A DNA stretch of 64,000 nt from Octopus vulgaris (Eukaryota), in assembly GCA_951406725.2 (NCBI GenBank), contig OX597834.1, forward strand, positions 33,914,001 through 33,978,000, written 5' to 3'. Positions 23,801 to 37,390 of the stretch are shown here, one piece after another; positions within the stretch are counted from its first letter, which is position 1, and each line of letters opens with the position of its first letter. Below the pieces are notes generated by a model. The model made no database searches. It was not told the origin of the DNA and saw only the letters and a list, made by a program, of their open reading frames with translations. A program made the translations under genes and the position numbers.

Positions 23801-24921
23801 TGTATGCATAATTTCAATTTCAACTTTTTTTCTTTACAAAAAAGAAACATTTCAACAATAAACAGTTTAATCAGGACAAATTCAAAATGGAAGAAGGTGT
23901 TTTCAGTCGTTTGTGTCTCATCTTCCTCTCCGGTTGTTTAGCTACAATTTATATTGATTACATGCATCAATTGACTGAAATCTACTAAAAACCATAAAAA
24001 CTACATTTATCAGTGAATTCAATCCTTCTTTATGGCATCTAGTAAGTATTAATTGACAGTTAAGTAGTCACATCCCTGCCTGTTCTAGTTTCATTACCAA
24101 CCAGTTCGATTTTTACTGCAATGTGATATCAGAATATTTTTTCTACACCATCAATTTTTTTTTGGTTTCTACTTTATTTTCCTCCACCAACTTCATCCTT
24201 TTCCATATGTGTGTGTGTGTGTGTGTGTATACATATACATACTTTCATACACACACACACATATGTATATGCACACACGCACACACACACACACAGAGAA
24301 AAAGTGTTTGTCGTCATTGTCGCAATAATCATCATCATCTACCGCATCAGCATCATCGTCATCATCATCATCTGCTTCTTCTCTGTCACTCTTTGTCAGC
24401 TCATCTGCCAACCTTATCTTCAACCAGACTGCCAACTGCATTTATTACACTCACCCCTTCACCACCTACACCACCACCACCACCATCTCCTCTAGCTGCA
24501 CCACCAACCCCCAACCACATTAACCCTCCCCCATTCACTCATCGCCACCCCCACCACCTACACTGCACCTGTATCCTTCCCACTCCTCTAAGAAATCACC
24601 AACGACGCCTTCATATGATTCTTTGCCAAGCTAGGAACAGCAGCCAAATTTCTCTCAAATAAAATACCCACCATCTTAATCAAGGAAGGACACAGATAAT
24701 GTACTCTGAGTTATTTTTAAAAAGAAAGAAATGATGGTCATGGTTGGTTGGAAATGATTCTGCTTATAAGTCTGCTCAAGTCTGACCTACAGCAAAACAA
24801 CAATGACAATAACAACAACAATGACAATAACAACAACAATGACAATAACAACAACACTACCACCACATGTTAAATATTCCTCAAATCGCATCATGCCATC
24901 TTAGGAAATGACACATTAGAC

Positions 24922-25100
24922 CAGTGCTTTTCAAACTTTTTGCTGGAGCGGAACCCCAAGGAAACATTCCACTGGCTCGAGGAACCCCTGTGCAATAATT
25001 TAATAGTCTTATGCACACATATCTGCACAGGAGAATTAAAAATTACTGCCGATTTTAGCAGTTTTGTAACTTCTTGAGGAACCCTGGTTGAAAACCACTG
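24922..25100. mobile_element. hAT-Charlie-type MITE
   Basis: TIRs cagtgcttttcaa / ttgaaaaccactg. Perfect 8-bp TSD cattagac at 24914-24921 and 25101-25108. Confidence 0.85.
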
Positions 25101-25344
25101 CATTAGACACTGATAAGGTTGCTTGTGTAACAGTGATAGGGTTGGTTGTGTACTTCAATGACCATAAGAACAAGCTCCCTGGACATGAGTTTACAGAAAC
25201 CAGATGCCTGTCCTGTTGCCAACTCTTACCTGTTTCCAAGCAAGGTGACAGTTCCCCATGGTCAAACATATTTTCACAGAATATTAGAAATGAATGACAG
25301 TTGTTTACAATAATCTTAAGAAAGGACACAGCAGATAGCAGCAG

Positions 25345-25790
25345 GGTTGCTTGTGTACCCCAGGGACATGGGGAGCTATGCCAATGGAGAACAAGCTCCT
25401 AAGAAGGCCTCCCATGCTGGACAGGTCAAAGGATAGAGGCCAGACTTATAAAGACCACCTCTTCCCAGAGGTAAAAATGGGTTTACATGGGCCCAGATCT
25501 CCTACGTAGAAAAAATACTGAGTTACAGCAACATTGACAACAATTTAAAACCATCAAACCCCGGGAGGGGAAAGCCTTGCAGCCCAGAGTTGAGAAAAGT
25601 GAAGAAAAGTCATCGATGGGTGATGCTCCATAGGGAGTTAAAGGTTTAATGAAGAAGTGAATGTCCTCCCTCCTTTGAGTAAAGCCTGAAGAACAAAACC
25701 CTACCCCAAAACTCAAATTGCAAATAAATAGCTCGTCTGAGACCTAAATTGGGGGTAAGGGGACAGCATGATTGTCATCGATTGAGACAA
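25345..25790 (+). mobile_element. Dispersed repeat resembling an RTE LINE 5' region
   Basis: cccatgctggacaggtcaaaggata..cacctcttcc block shared with about 12570-12800 and 47650-47890. Confidence 0.4.
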
Positions 25791-26321
25791 AATTGAACAC
25801 CAAATAGCAGAAATATATGAAATAAGCTTACTAACTCTACTGTGTCACCAAAGACTGGGTGTTTGGTCTGATTGGTATCATCATCACCATCGTCATCATC
25901 ATTTAATGCTGGTAAAGCAAGAGCTGTACCAAGTTCCACTGTCTGTTTTGGAATGGCTTCTACAGCTGGATACCATTCCTAATGCCAATAACTTTACAGA
26001 ATATACTGAGTGTTTTTTTATCATCACCATTGCTTTCTATGTGGCACCAGCACCAGTGCCTTTACATGGCACAAACACCAGTGCTTGGCACCAACACCAG
26101 TGCTTTTTACATTCTAGAAAATAACATATGCTTCAAGCATTTACTTTTAGCTGTAGTTAAAGTTCCCATAGCTTGGCGGAGAGCAGGAAAGAGGGTTTTG
26201 TTTAGTTTATTTTGTTTTTAAATAACACCAGAACATAAGGGATGCAAATGAGACAAGATGTGAAAATAAAATAAAGTTAATGACTTAATACATGGGTTGT
26301 CCAGTGTGACAGACCACTTAC

Positions 26322-26398
26322 CTCTGGTGCCATCCAATAGGGGGTGCCTACAGAAGTCCTTCTGTTTGCTAGAGAATGATCAAGTAAGCCTGAAACAC
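26322..26398 (-). CDS. MYO3: Myosin III kinase exon (activation segment)
   Basis: 77 bp, tttcAG|GT...GAG|GTAAGT. Translates (G)VSGLLDHSLANRRTSVGTPYWMAPE, the STE20-family GTPYWMAPE signature. Confidence 0.95.
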
Positions 26399-26427
26399 CT
26401 GAAAGATAAAAGAAAAATTACAGATGT

Positions 26428-26880
26428 ATATTTCGCTTTTGGATTTGGTTTGCAAGATTCTTTATATGAGTTCGTGTGTTGAAGCATATTCTGTTGTGTC
26501 TGGGGAGAGTAATTTTTTTTGTGCCTTATTATGTAACACACCCACCGGTAAAATTTCCACTTTTTTCTTATTTTTATTTTCCTAAATTTTTTGTTGCGTG
26601 TTGCAACCTTTTTAATAGTTTTGAGAGTCAAAACTATTGAAAAGGTTGCAAGACGCAACGAAAATTTTAGGAAAATAAAAATAAGAAAAAAAAATTGGAA
26701 ATTCTACCAGTGAGTGTGTTACATAATAAGGCACAAAAAGAAAATTACTCTCCCCAGACACAACAGAATATGCTTCAACACAACTATTGAAAAGGTTGCA
26801 AGACGCAACAAAAATTTTAGGAAAATAAAAATTAGAAAAAAAGTGGAAATTTTACCGATGAGTGTGTTACATAATAAGGT
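26428..26880. mobile_element. Fold-back Penelope-like repeat family 2
   Basis: Inverted repeat 26475-26782 with apex ttttgagagtcaaaa, plus a partial third copy 26782-26880. Homologous to 59251-59578. Confidence 0.7.
26634..26670 (+). ncRNA. Minimal hammerhead ribozyme motif, U3-A8 variant
   Basis: cta-TTGAAAA-g-gttgc-aagac-gcaac-GAAA-att-t-tag. Palindromic helix III AATT. Stem I is only 3 bp. Confidence 0.5.
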
Positions 26881-27736
26881 ACAGATATATACACATATAT
26901 ATACATTATATATATTCTTCATAAGTTAAGAAACTGTGACAAATGAAAATTTTTTTGTAAATATAATTAAGTTTTCACTGTTTTTATTGACCATAGACAA
27001 TCATCAAATACTGAGGCATATACATTGAAGACCATTAAAAACGGGTATTAGAACATGTGGGAATTGAACCACATCTCTTATTTTCATGATATGTGTGCTA
27101 ACCAATTATAACAAAATACACAGCCATTCTCCCAGAACTGCAGGCCTTGTGCCAAAATTTAAAACCATTATTATTATTATCATTATTATTATTATTATTA
27201 TTATTAGGGCGGCAAGCGGGTAGAATTGTTAGCACGCTGGGAAAAATGCTTAGTGGTATTTCACCTGCCACTACATTCTGAGTTCAAATCCCGCCGAGGG
27301 CGACATTACGTTTCATCCTTTCAAAGTCGATAAATTAAGTACCAGTGAAACACTGGGGTTGATGTAATCGACTTAATCTCTTCCTCCAACTGCCCTTGTG
27401 GCCAAAAATGGAAACCATCATTATTATTATTGAGCTGGTAGAATCGTTAGCGTGCTGACCAACATGCTGAGCAGAATTTCATCCCTGCTGTACTCTTTCA
27501 CCACAACTTTCACTCCTTCTTTCTTCCTGTTTCCGTTGTATCTATACTTTAAAGGGTCAGCCTCGTCATATTGTATCACGCTGAATCTCCCCCAAGAACT
27601 ACGTTAAGGGTACACGTGTCTGTGGAGTGCTCAGCCACTTGCACATTAACTTCGCAAACAGGCTGTTCCGTTGATCAGATCAACCGGAACCCTCGTCATC
27701 ATAACCGATGGAGTGCCACAATATATATATATATAT

Positions 27737-28149
27737 ACTCTTTTACTCTTTTCTTTTACTTGTTTCAGTCATTTCACCGCGGCCATGCTGGAGCACCGCC
27801 TTTAATCGAGCAACTCGACCCCAGGACTTATTCTTTTGTAAGCCCAGTACTTATTCTATCGGTATCTTTTGCCGAACCACTAAGTAACGGGGACATAAAC
27901 ACACCAGCATCGGTTGTCAAGCAATGCTAGGGGGACAAACACAGACACACAAACACACACACGCATATATATATATACATATATACGACGGGCTTCTTTC
28001 AGTTTCCGTCTACCAAATCCACTCACAAGGCTTTGGTCGGCCCGAGGCTATAGTAGAAGACACTTGCCCAAGGTGCCACGCAGTGGGACTAAACCCAGAA
28101 CCATGTGGTTGGCAAACAAGCTACTTACCACACAGCCACTCCTGCACCT
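27737..28149 (-). mobile_element. Full-length family B SINE
   Basis: Reverse complement of the 8285-8710 structure, CpG-rich. Similar copies at about 22300-22645, 32535-32933, 46075-46440 and 58522-58972. Confidence 0.8.
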
Positions 28150-29485
28150 ATATATATATATATATAGGTGTATATATATATATATACACCACACACACAC
28201 ACACATATACATATATGTAACTGGCATTCTGTCAGTTATGATAGTGAATGTTCCAGTTAACCTAATCAATGGAACAGCCTGCTTGTGAAATTAATGTGCT
28301 TGTGGCTGAGTACTCCACAGACAGACATACCCTTAACATAGTTCTCAGACAGATTCAGCATGGCACAGGATGAGACAAGTTTGGTCTTTTGAAATACAGG
28401 AACAACTCATTTTTGCCAGCTGAATGGACTAGAACAATGTGAAATAAAGTGTCTTGCTCAAGGTCACAATGCACTACCAATATTAGTTCAAATAGTCACA
28501 TTAGTATTTGTAATCTATATTTTTCTAGACAATTTGAAGTGGAGTATGTGTGTGTGTGTGTTTGTGTGTGTGTATATTTGTGTGTATACATGTATGCTAA
28601 GAGTGCTGGAGTATTCTCAATTTTATAATAAATTTCTAATTTTTTTCAATTTTTTTATATTTTTAAATCCTATTGTTTTTCGTAATTTTTGTTTTAATGA
28701 TTTTCAGTATTTTAATTTTTATTTTTCATCCGCTTTGTTTTACGAAATTATTTTTTTTTCTCAATTAAATTTTCTATTTTTAGTCTGTATTTAAAAATTT
28801 TGTTTTCTTTCAAATATTTTTGTAACTTTGCTTTTTCACAAGTTTTTTTTTCTTTTTTTTGTTTTATACTTATCTATTCTATTCATTACAAGACAAGTTT
28901 TCAACAAAAAAGTGAGGAAACGTTTATTGAAGTAGAAATAATTAGAAGGAATGGTTGTTTTTATCATTTATAAAGATTTTCTTTGAAATTCCAATATATT
29001 TATCCCATCATGCACCACCCACAGAGTGCTGACAGCCACGCCCCTTTTATTCAACTTTCACTTTCAAATAAACATTACACTGTTGCATTAAGATATTTAC
29101 ACACATTCACACACATATTATACATACACACACATACTTATATGCATGCAAACACGCACATACAAACACATATACTCACACATACATAACACACATTTAC
29201 ATACATACACATTACTTCTTCCATAGAGTTATATATGTGTGTGTGTGTGTGTAAATATACAAACATATATGTATGTGTATATACATGTATGTATATGTAA
29301 ATTGAGGATATAATCATTAAAATGATTATATCAGTGACTAGCAAATAAAAAATGACTGTATCTCATTCCAGCGCCCCTAATTATAATTATATTTTTATAA
29401 TTATATACTTTAAAAAAAAAAATGTATTTATAGCTATCTATCTATCTATAAATATATATTTTTAAATCCTCTTTATATATATATG

Positions 29486-30026
29486 TTTATCATAGTCCTC
29501 TAGGCAATAACAAAGGAATTTAAGCTGGGTTTCCACTAGGAGCTCCTCTATGCTGATGATCTTGTTCTTAAAGCTGAATTTCTACCAGAACTGGAGAAAA
29601 AACTTCTGGGGTAAAAGGAAGGTTTGGAATCAAATGGCTTTAGAGTTAATTTAGAAAAAGCAGCCTTAGTAAGTTGGAAAGTAGACACATCACAAATCCC
29701 ATCAGGTACATGGCCCTGCTTGATATGTGGAAAAGGCATAAGTAGAAAGTCCATAAGGTGTACTTGATGCAGAATATGGACACATAAGAAGTGCAGCAAA
29801 ATCAGAGGAAGGTTAACAGGGGAAAATAGTCTTTGTGTGTGGCAGATGCACAGGTACAGTAAACACTAGAAATGTACAAAAAATAGACTCCATCAAATGC
29901 GAGGGGAGATACAGAGAAGTAGTTGATAGCTTTCATTACCTAGGTGACCAAGTCAGCAGTGGAGGTGGATGCTCTGAAAGTGTAGTTACTAGAATAAGAA
30001 TAGGTTGGGCATAGTTCAAAGAGCTT
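29486..30026 (+). mobile_element. RTE-like LINE reverse-transcriptase pseudogene fragment
   Basis: FIIVL*AITKEFK..ELLYADDLVL (YADD at 29549-29560)..GLESNGFRVN, a Cys/His cluster, then EVVDSFHYLGDQVSSGGGCSESVVTRIRIGW. Contains stops and frameshifts. Confidence 0.85.
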
Positions 30027-30626
30027 GAACCTACAGAATTTAGCCAGGGGAGTGGTATTTAAAAAAAATATAATTTGGAAGGGAGAGGGTGGGGAAGTAT
30101 TTTGGTCATTGGGGAGAAAGAAAATGTGTATGAATAAAGCAAGGCAGAGTGAGGGATTTAAGCACAGTTATTTGACTGTTGGTATTCAAAGAGCTTCCAC
30201 ACAGTTTCCATCAACTAATCAAAAGGAACTACTCAGCCTGGGGCTATGGTAGAAGAGACTCCCACAAGATGCTGATCATTGGAATTGATCCCAGAGTCAC
30301 ATAGTTATGAAACAGATTTGTCATGCTTAGGTTCCTCCAGGTTAAGCAACCTCATAAACACATGAGCACAACATGTTCAAGCATTACCTCATGTTACTCA
30401 ATGTCTAATCAAACTCACTACGAGGCCCCATCACTCAATACATTACCTTGTACGCTTGATACTCTGACACACAGAAACAAACAAGTCGTGTGTCTCACTC
30501 AACGAGGACAAAATCAATAACTGCGGCAAATTTTGAACTCACAAAAACCTGGCTCAGCTGCACCCATAAACATGACCAGATGTTTCATATTACCGCTTGA
30601 AAGGAACTCAATATCTAATCAGGTTT

Positions 30627-30852
30627 ACTACCCATTAGCATTTAGATTAATCAGTCCAATGTAATGCTCATTTATTCATTATTTTGAATTAATCCTGCAT
30701 TATCTTGTCACTTTGAGATTTCCACGATGTGTTTATTTACTTTTAGAATTAAATTGTAGGGTAGGTGTGAGAGGCAAGATCTGGCCAGTTTAATCATAAA
30801 AAAGGTAGAATATTTGGGCTGGATATGATCAGTTCAAATGCTAATGAGTTAA
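30627..30852. mobile_element. TTAA-type MITE, same family as 12967-13192
   Basis: cccattagcattt ... aaatgctaatgag-ttaa with the shared internal sequence. Confidence 0.55.
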
Positions 30853-31289
30853 CACACTGCCATATAAAAACACGTTGTGCATCTTGCTCAATGAAGACAA
30901 GACTAATAATTGTGGTAAGCTTTAGACTCATGGTCAGAAATTGGTTATCTGGTAACTAATGTACTTAACCAGTGGAGTGGGGAATTCTGTACAGAATTCA
31001 ATAATGCAAGTGATTTATTCCATATTGGCAAGCGATTATGGATACAGGAAAAGAAGAGAAAAAACTAAATATAATATATAAATAAATATATATGTATGTA
31101 TATAAGCCCTGCAACTTCAGGGAAGGTTTTATTTTTAATTAATTTCACTGATTTCTCATCTTCAAACAGGAGGAATATGTGTCGACATAACAGTAAGAAA
31201 ATGTAATAAAGATTTTGAAAAATAAGCAACAGCAAATAAAAGGGAAAAAAAACAAGAAAGGAAAATCAAAATAGAAAGAAGACATCATA

Positions 31290-31693
31290 TTATATATATT
31301 ATATATATATATACATACATACATACACACACACACACATATATATATTTAGATAGACAGATAGATATACATATACATATATATAAACATGCACACACAC
31401 ATATAATACACAAACATATATATGTACACACACATACATGTATGTGTATATATATGCATATACATATGTATACATATATATACATATATATGAATATATA
31501 TATACATGTGTATACATATATACACATATATATAAATATATATATACACATATGTATACATATATACACATATATATACAAACATATGTATATGTACACA
31601 TACATATGCATATACACATATATATATACATATATATACAAACATATGTATATGTACATATATACATATGCATATACACATATATATACAAAC

Positions 31694-31724
<31 letters not shown>

Positions 31725-31825
31725 TAAATGTACACATATATAAATGTACACATATATACATATATATACATATATAAATGTACACATATATACATATGTA
31801 TATACACATATATATATATGTATAT

Positions 31826-31859
<34 letters not shown>

Positions 31860-31990
31860 GTACATACACTCATATATATATATGTACATACACTCATATA
31901 TACATGTATATATACACACACACATGTATATATATATACACACACACATCTCATACAAAGACATGTGTGTGCATGTATGCATGCAGATAA
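31290..31990. repeat. (TA)/(CA)/(TACA) compound microsatellite
   Basis: Direct inspection. Confidence 0.9.
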
Positions 31991-32305
31991 TAAACACACA
32001 TGTATCACGACAACACAGCTCAACTCATCCAAGCAGGCAGACACAGCATACCACGGTAGACATACTTACACCCTGAAAATGCTCGACCAGAAATTTTAAA
32101 AAGTTCTAGAACTAATTATACTAATTGGATATGGACCTACAGCCATATCTGCATCAATCAAAAAATAAAACACACAAACAGGAGGAAAGAATCTCAAATA
32201 CAAACATCTGCATCAAACTTAAAACAGAATACACCCTGACGGATCAAAACTAAATAGACACCTCTCATGATGCCACTGTGTCGGCTTGACTCTGTGTCTG
32301 CTTGA

Positions 32306-32355
<50 letters not shown>

Positions 32356-32370
32356 GTATAAATATATATA

Positions 32371-32411
<41 letters not shown>

Positions 32412-33109
32412 ACATATATATATATATACTATGATACTCAAACAAGTTAAAGCATTAAAAAACCCACACAAGGCATGTCTACTAATTACTAGATTAATTA
32501 TCTAAATGAATCAAAGGATATTATTTTGTTTATCTTTAATATTTCTGCTTGTTTCAGTCATTAGACCGTGGCCATGCTGAAGCACCATCTTGAGGAATTT
32601 TTAGTCGAGTAAACTAACATTAGTACTACTTTTTTTAAACCTGGTACTTATTCTATTGGTCTCTTTTGCTGAACTGCTAATTTATGAGGGGACATAAACA
32701 CACCAACACCAGTTATCGACAACCATAGACACACATACACAGGTATGCACACGCACACATATATACATACGAAGGCCTTCTTTCAGTTTCTGTCTATCAA
32801 ATCCACTCATAAGTCTTTGGTAAGGCCAAAGCTATAGTATAAAAGACTTGCCTAAGGTGCCACACAGTAGGACTGAGCCAAGAACCATGTGATTGGAAAA
32901 CAAGGTCCTTACCACACAGCCACACCTACACCTGTTTCTAGAAATAAATCTTTCAAAAAAAAAAAACGATGGCGTCTATTTACTTTTGAGATGTCTATGC
33001 ATCAGAAAACGCACACCCTCATGAATAACGCTTAATGCTTAACGAATAAACAAGATGGAGGTCTGTTCTGTTTAAGACTTACATGCTTGATTGTCAAAGA
33101 AACACTTAC

Positions 33110-33209
33110 CAAAGTCGACCAGTTTGATGGAACCATCACTTGTCATTAGGATGTTGTGTCCTTTGATATCCCGATGCATATAATGACATTTATGCATATG
33201 ATTAATGGC
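33110..33209 (-). CDS. MYO3: Myosin III kinase exon (catalytic loop and DFG)
   Basis: 100 bp, ttgcAG|GCC...TTTG|GTAAGT. Translates AINHMHKCHYMHRDIKGHNILMTSDGSIKLVDF-G. Not in the ORF track. Confidence 0.95.
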
Positions 33210-33665
33210 CTGCAATGGAAGAAGTAAAAACATGATAAATTTTGCTAAAAATGGAGTTTGTTTGGCCTTAACTTCATCATTTCCGTTTCAATTATTATTT
33301 TATGTGTCAGGTTAAAAGATGCTTCATTCGATAGAAACTCAATACTTTTGATTGCTAGTGTTAATTTCTTTGCTTTTCTTTCATTTTACTTCTTTTGCTC
33401 TTTCCATTTTTGTTAAAACCTTGTAAATTATAGCTTTTTTGTAGTGTGTGTGTGTGTGGTTTATATATGTGTGTATACATATACATATATACACATATAT
33501 AAATATATGTATATACATATAAGATGATGATCATGGTGATACACATACACACACATATCGACTGGAGAAAGAGAAGGTTCTGGCAAATATTCAGTTATTA
33601 TATATGTATGTATACATATGTGTATGTATACAGAGTGTGGGATAGATAAATAGGCATATTTGTGT

Positions 33666-33696
<31 letters not shown>

Positions 33697-34404
33697 AGTG
33701 TAAAGGAAAACATGTTTAAACATTAAATATTAAGCTTTCTATTCCAAGTTTCCAGCACAAAAAAAAAAAATATACATACATATATGTACATGTGTGGTTT
33801 ATTCAAATTTCGGCAATTTTCCAGCCAAAAAATACTGTACATTTAAGACAAATTAATGAGGAAGCCTCTATGTTGTCACTTGAGATGCTAGAAAGAGCAA
33901 CCAAATTTCCCCCAAATCACATACTAACCAATCTATCATGACCGTATATCTCACCAAAAACCCCATTGCCCAAGGACCTGAAAATAATCTCACAGTAATA
34001 TATATCACATGAAAGTGACATATAATCAAAAAGGTACCTCCAAGAAGGATTAGAGGAACATGTCTCATACATTCTTTGCTCTCTCTCTCTCTCTCTCTCA
34101 CACAGACACACACACAGAGAAACACACACACACACTATATCGTCATCATTATCATCATCATTTAACGTCTGTTTTCCATGCTGGAATGAGTCGGACAGTT
34201 TGACAGGAACTGGCAAGCCAGAGAGCTGTACTGGGTCCTAGTTGTCTGTTTTGTGCCCTTACAAATGCCAACCATTTCACAGAATGTACTGGGTGTTTTT
34301 TATATGGCACTAGCAGAGATGCTTTTCACATGGTACCAGTACAAGTGCTTTTTATGTAGCACCCACCAGCACAGGCAGTTTTTAAGTGGTATCAGCACTG
34401 ATAT

Positions 34405-34605
34405 ATATGTGACCGCATGTGAACCGTTGGCGATTTTTTTCCCTCTGTCTTCCCTTCTCTGGATCTTTCCTTCTCCTATGTTTCCGACGAAGAGCTCCGC
34501 TCGAAACATTAAACCCTCCTTCTTTCCTGAGCGTCCAATAATACTATATTTGTTCCACGTCCTCGCGTTGTGTTTTTTTGTGCTTTCTTGTTTGGATTAA
34601 CTTTA
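34405..34605 (+). mobile_element. Penelope-like terminal repeat family 3, copy with a mutated hammerhead
   Basis: gttt-CCGACGA-a-gagc-tcc-gctc-GAAA-cat-t-aaac at 34480-34514. Inserted in (TA)n. Inverted partner at 35350-35540. Confidence 0.6.
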
Positions 34606-34630
34606 TATATATATATATACACACACATAT

Positions 34631-34672
<42 letters not shown>

Positions 34673-34770
34673 TGCAAATTTAGGGTGAATTATGAATGAC
34701 TATAATAATAACAAATCACTAATTATGAAGGAACTACATAAAAAATATAAGATCACATCTATAGAAAACC

Positions 34771-34808
<38 letters not shown>

Positions 34809-35287
34809 ACGAATTAATAAATAAAACATATGCATATATACATACATATATGTACGTACCAACTAACATATGTACTATTACCACACAATAATAATGAAGT
34901 GAAAGTAATATAACCGTGTGTGTATTATTTATTGTAAATTTCTTAACTGTCACTCAGCCAAAACCATTATTCCAGTTTCTCTACACTGCCTCAGATTGAA
35001 ATCACTTGCCAAAAGAATTTAACAAACACATACATATACATGCACACACACACACATGTGGTTGTCCTTGCATACAGGCTTCTCCTTTGCATCCCTCTCC
35101 AGCTGAGTATTCCTAATCATGTGGGTTCGTGGGTGCTGGTGCCATATAACAAGCACCTGTACCAGTGCCAGGTAAATACACCTGTGTTGCTGTGTAAAAG
35201 CACCTAGTACACTCCGTGAAGTGGTTCGCATTAGGAAGGACATCCAGCCATAGAAACCATGTCAAAACAGACTATGGAACCTAGTGA

Positions 35288-35330
<43 letters not shown>

Positions 35331-35349
35331 TACATACATATATATATAT

Positions 35350-35540
35350 AAAGTTAATCCAAACAAGAAAGCACGAGGACGTGGAACAAATATAGTATTA
35401 TTGGACGCTCAGGAAAGAAGGGAAGAAGGAGGGTTTAACGTTTCGAGCGGAGCTCTTCGTCAGAAACATAGGAGAAGGAAAGATCCCGAGAAGGGAAGAC
35501 AGAGGAAAAAAATCACCAACGGTACACATGAGGTCACATA
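35350..35540 (-). mobile_element. Penelope-like terminal repeat family 3, copy with an intact hammerhead core
   Basis: Reverse complement of 34405-34605 with small indels. Both ends lie in (TA)n. Confidence 0.65.
35433..35467 (-). ncRNA. Minimal type I hammerhead ribozyme motif (C3-G8)
   Basis: gttt-CTGACGA-a-gagc-tcc-gctc-GAAA-cgt-t-aaac. Palindromic helix III ACGT. Confidence 0.65.
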
Positions 35541-35541
35541 T

Positions 35542-35574
<33 letters not shown>

Positions 35575-36917
35575 CACTTTATATATATATATATATAATC
35601 ATCATCACTAGCTTAATGATAAAGTTAATTTTTAAAATTCTTTGTTTATCATCATCATCATTATCTAATGTCCGTTTTCCATGCTAGCATGGGTTGGACG
35701 GTTCGACTGGGGTCTGGGAAGCCAGGATGCTGCACCAGGCTCCAGTCTGACCTGGCAGTGTTTCTACAGCTGGATTTCCTTCCTAACGCCAACCACTCTG
35801 TGAGTGTAGTGGGTGTTTTTTACCTGCCAGAGCAGGCTGGCAAATGGCCACGATTGATTGGTGCTTTTATGTGTCACCGACACGGACGCCAGTATATCAG
35901 GGATGTGCTGCCTAGGTAGGCAAGGTAGAAAATGCCTACCTTAAATAAAATAGGTCGATAGTAACATTTTCCTTTTATGGCAAAATATGCACCTAATTAT
36001 AAAGGTTACTCTGATTACTATGCATAAAATGCAAAATATTTTATTTTTTTGTAGATAAGGAAGGCATAATTCGTCCCTGCTTTTCAATCTCAGTATTTAA
36101 GCTATGCATAGTGCTGCTGTAGTACACATGCTGCATATACTCCTACAACACTGTTTTCTTTAAGTGCTATAAAGGCAGAAGTAAATCTACCTTCAACTCA
36201 CCCGCACACCTGTGTTTCACTTTTTTTTTTTGTGTTTTCCTACATAAAAGTCACCAACTGTGCACCCTGGGTAATTACTGATGGCACATGCCTGATATAT
36301 ACTCACATATACATTTGGCAGGGGGGGGGGCTTCTGTTTCATTTTACCAAATCCACTCACAAGGCTTTGGTTGGCCTGGGCAATAGTAAAAGACACTTGC
36401 CCAAGGTGCCATGCAGTGGACATGAACCCAGAGCCATGTGGTTGCAAAGCAAACTTCTTACCACACAGCCTTGCCTGAGCCTAATGACTGAGAAGAGAAC
36501 AGGGATCATGTAATCAACTTCATTAGCTGACAGCAGTTTCTGCTATAAGGAGGAGTGTGCTTAGATCTGAGTGCCAATGTAACATCTCAGTCACACACAG
36601 ACACACACACACATTCATCTAAAACTGGAAATTCCCGATGCTGTTATTCAGAATTCCCTTCAATGCAGAATCCTTTAGATGACAAAAAAAAAAAAAATCA
36701 ATAAATTTATTTGTGGATATAGTTTGGTAATTAGTAAGGCGTAGGAGTGGCTGTGTGGTAAGAAGCTTGCTTCCCAACCACATGGTTCCAGGTTCAGTCC
36801 CTCTGCATGGCACCTTAAGCAAGTGTCTTCTACAATAACCTCAGGCCAACCAAAGCCTTGTGAGTGGATTTGGTAAACGGAAACTGAAAGAAGCCTGTAG
36901 GGTATATATATATATAT

Positions 36918-36952
<35 letters not shown>

Positions 36953-37289
36953 CATACATACATAGAGAGAGAGAGAGAGGGGAGGGAGAGAGAGAGATAA
37001 ACACTTGTAAACATATGCACATACATGCAAGTTTGAGAGTGTGTGTGTATTATGGTTGTGTGCATTATGTGTTGGGGGATAAGCCGAAATAACAAGAAAA
37101 CTGAAATCTGGACACACACACACACACACATACATACACAATTATGCACACGTGGTTTCATATGCATGCACACACACAGACTCTCTTTCTCTCCCTCTTT
37201 TTCTCTATCTACCTATCTCTCTCAAGCACACAATTTCTTTCTGTCTCTTACACACACCAAATTTCTCTCTCTCTCTCATGCACATACAC

Positions 37290-37359
37290 AAACACATATG
37301 CAAACATACAAACATACAAGCATATACACAGACAAACACACAGAAAGACAGACCTACAC

Positions 37360-37390
<31 letters not shown>

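Noticed and set aside
30400-30600. Possible LINE endonuclease N-terminus (LTKTWL)
   Set aside because: A single weak motif with no supporting neighbours.
31285-32099. Long ORFs rich in Y/I/C/V/H/T (also at 5.4, 37, 39-41, 45 and 48.6 kb)
   Set aside because: Translations of (TA)/(CA) microsatellites, open in several frames on both strands.
32040-32290. Possible Penelope GIY-YIG C-terminal remnant (RRKES-like)
   Set aside because: Too decayed to support by eye.
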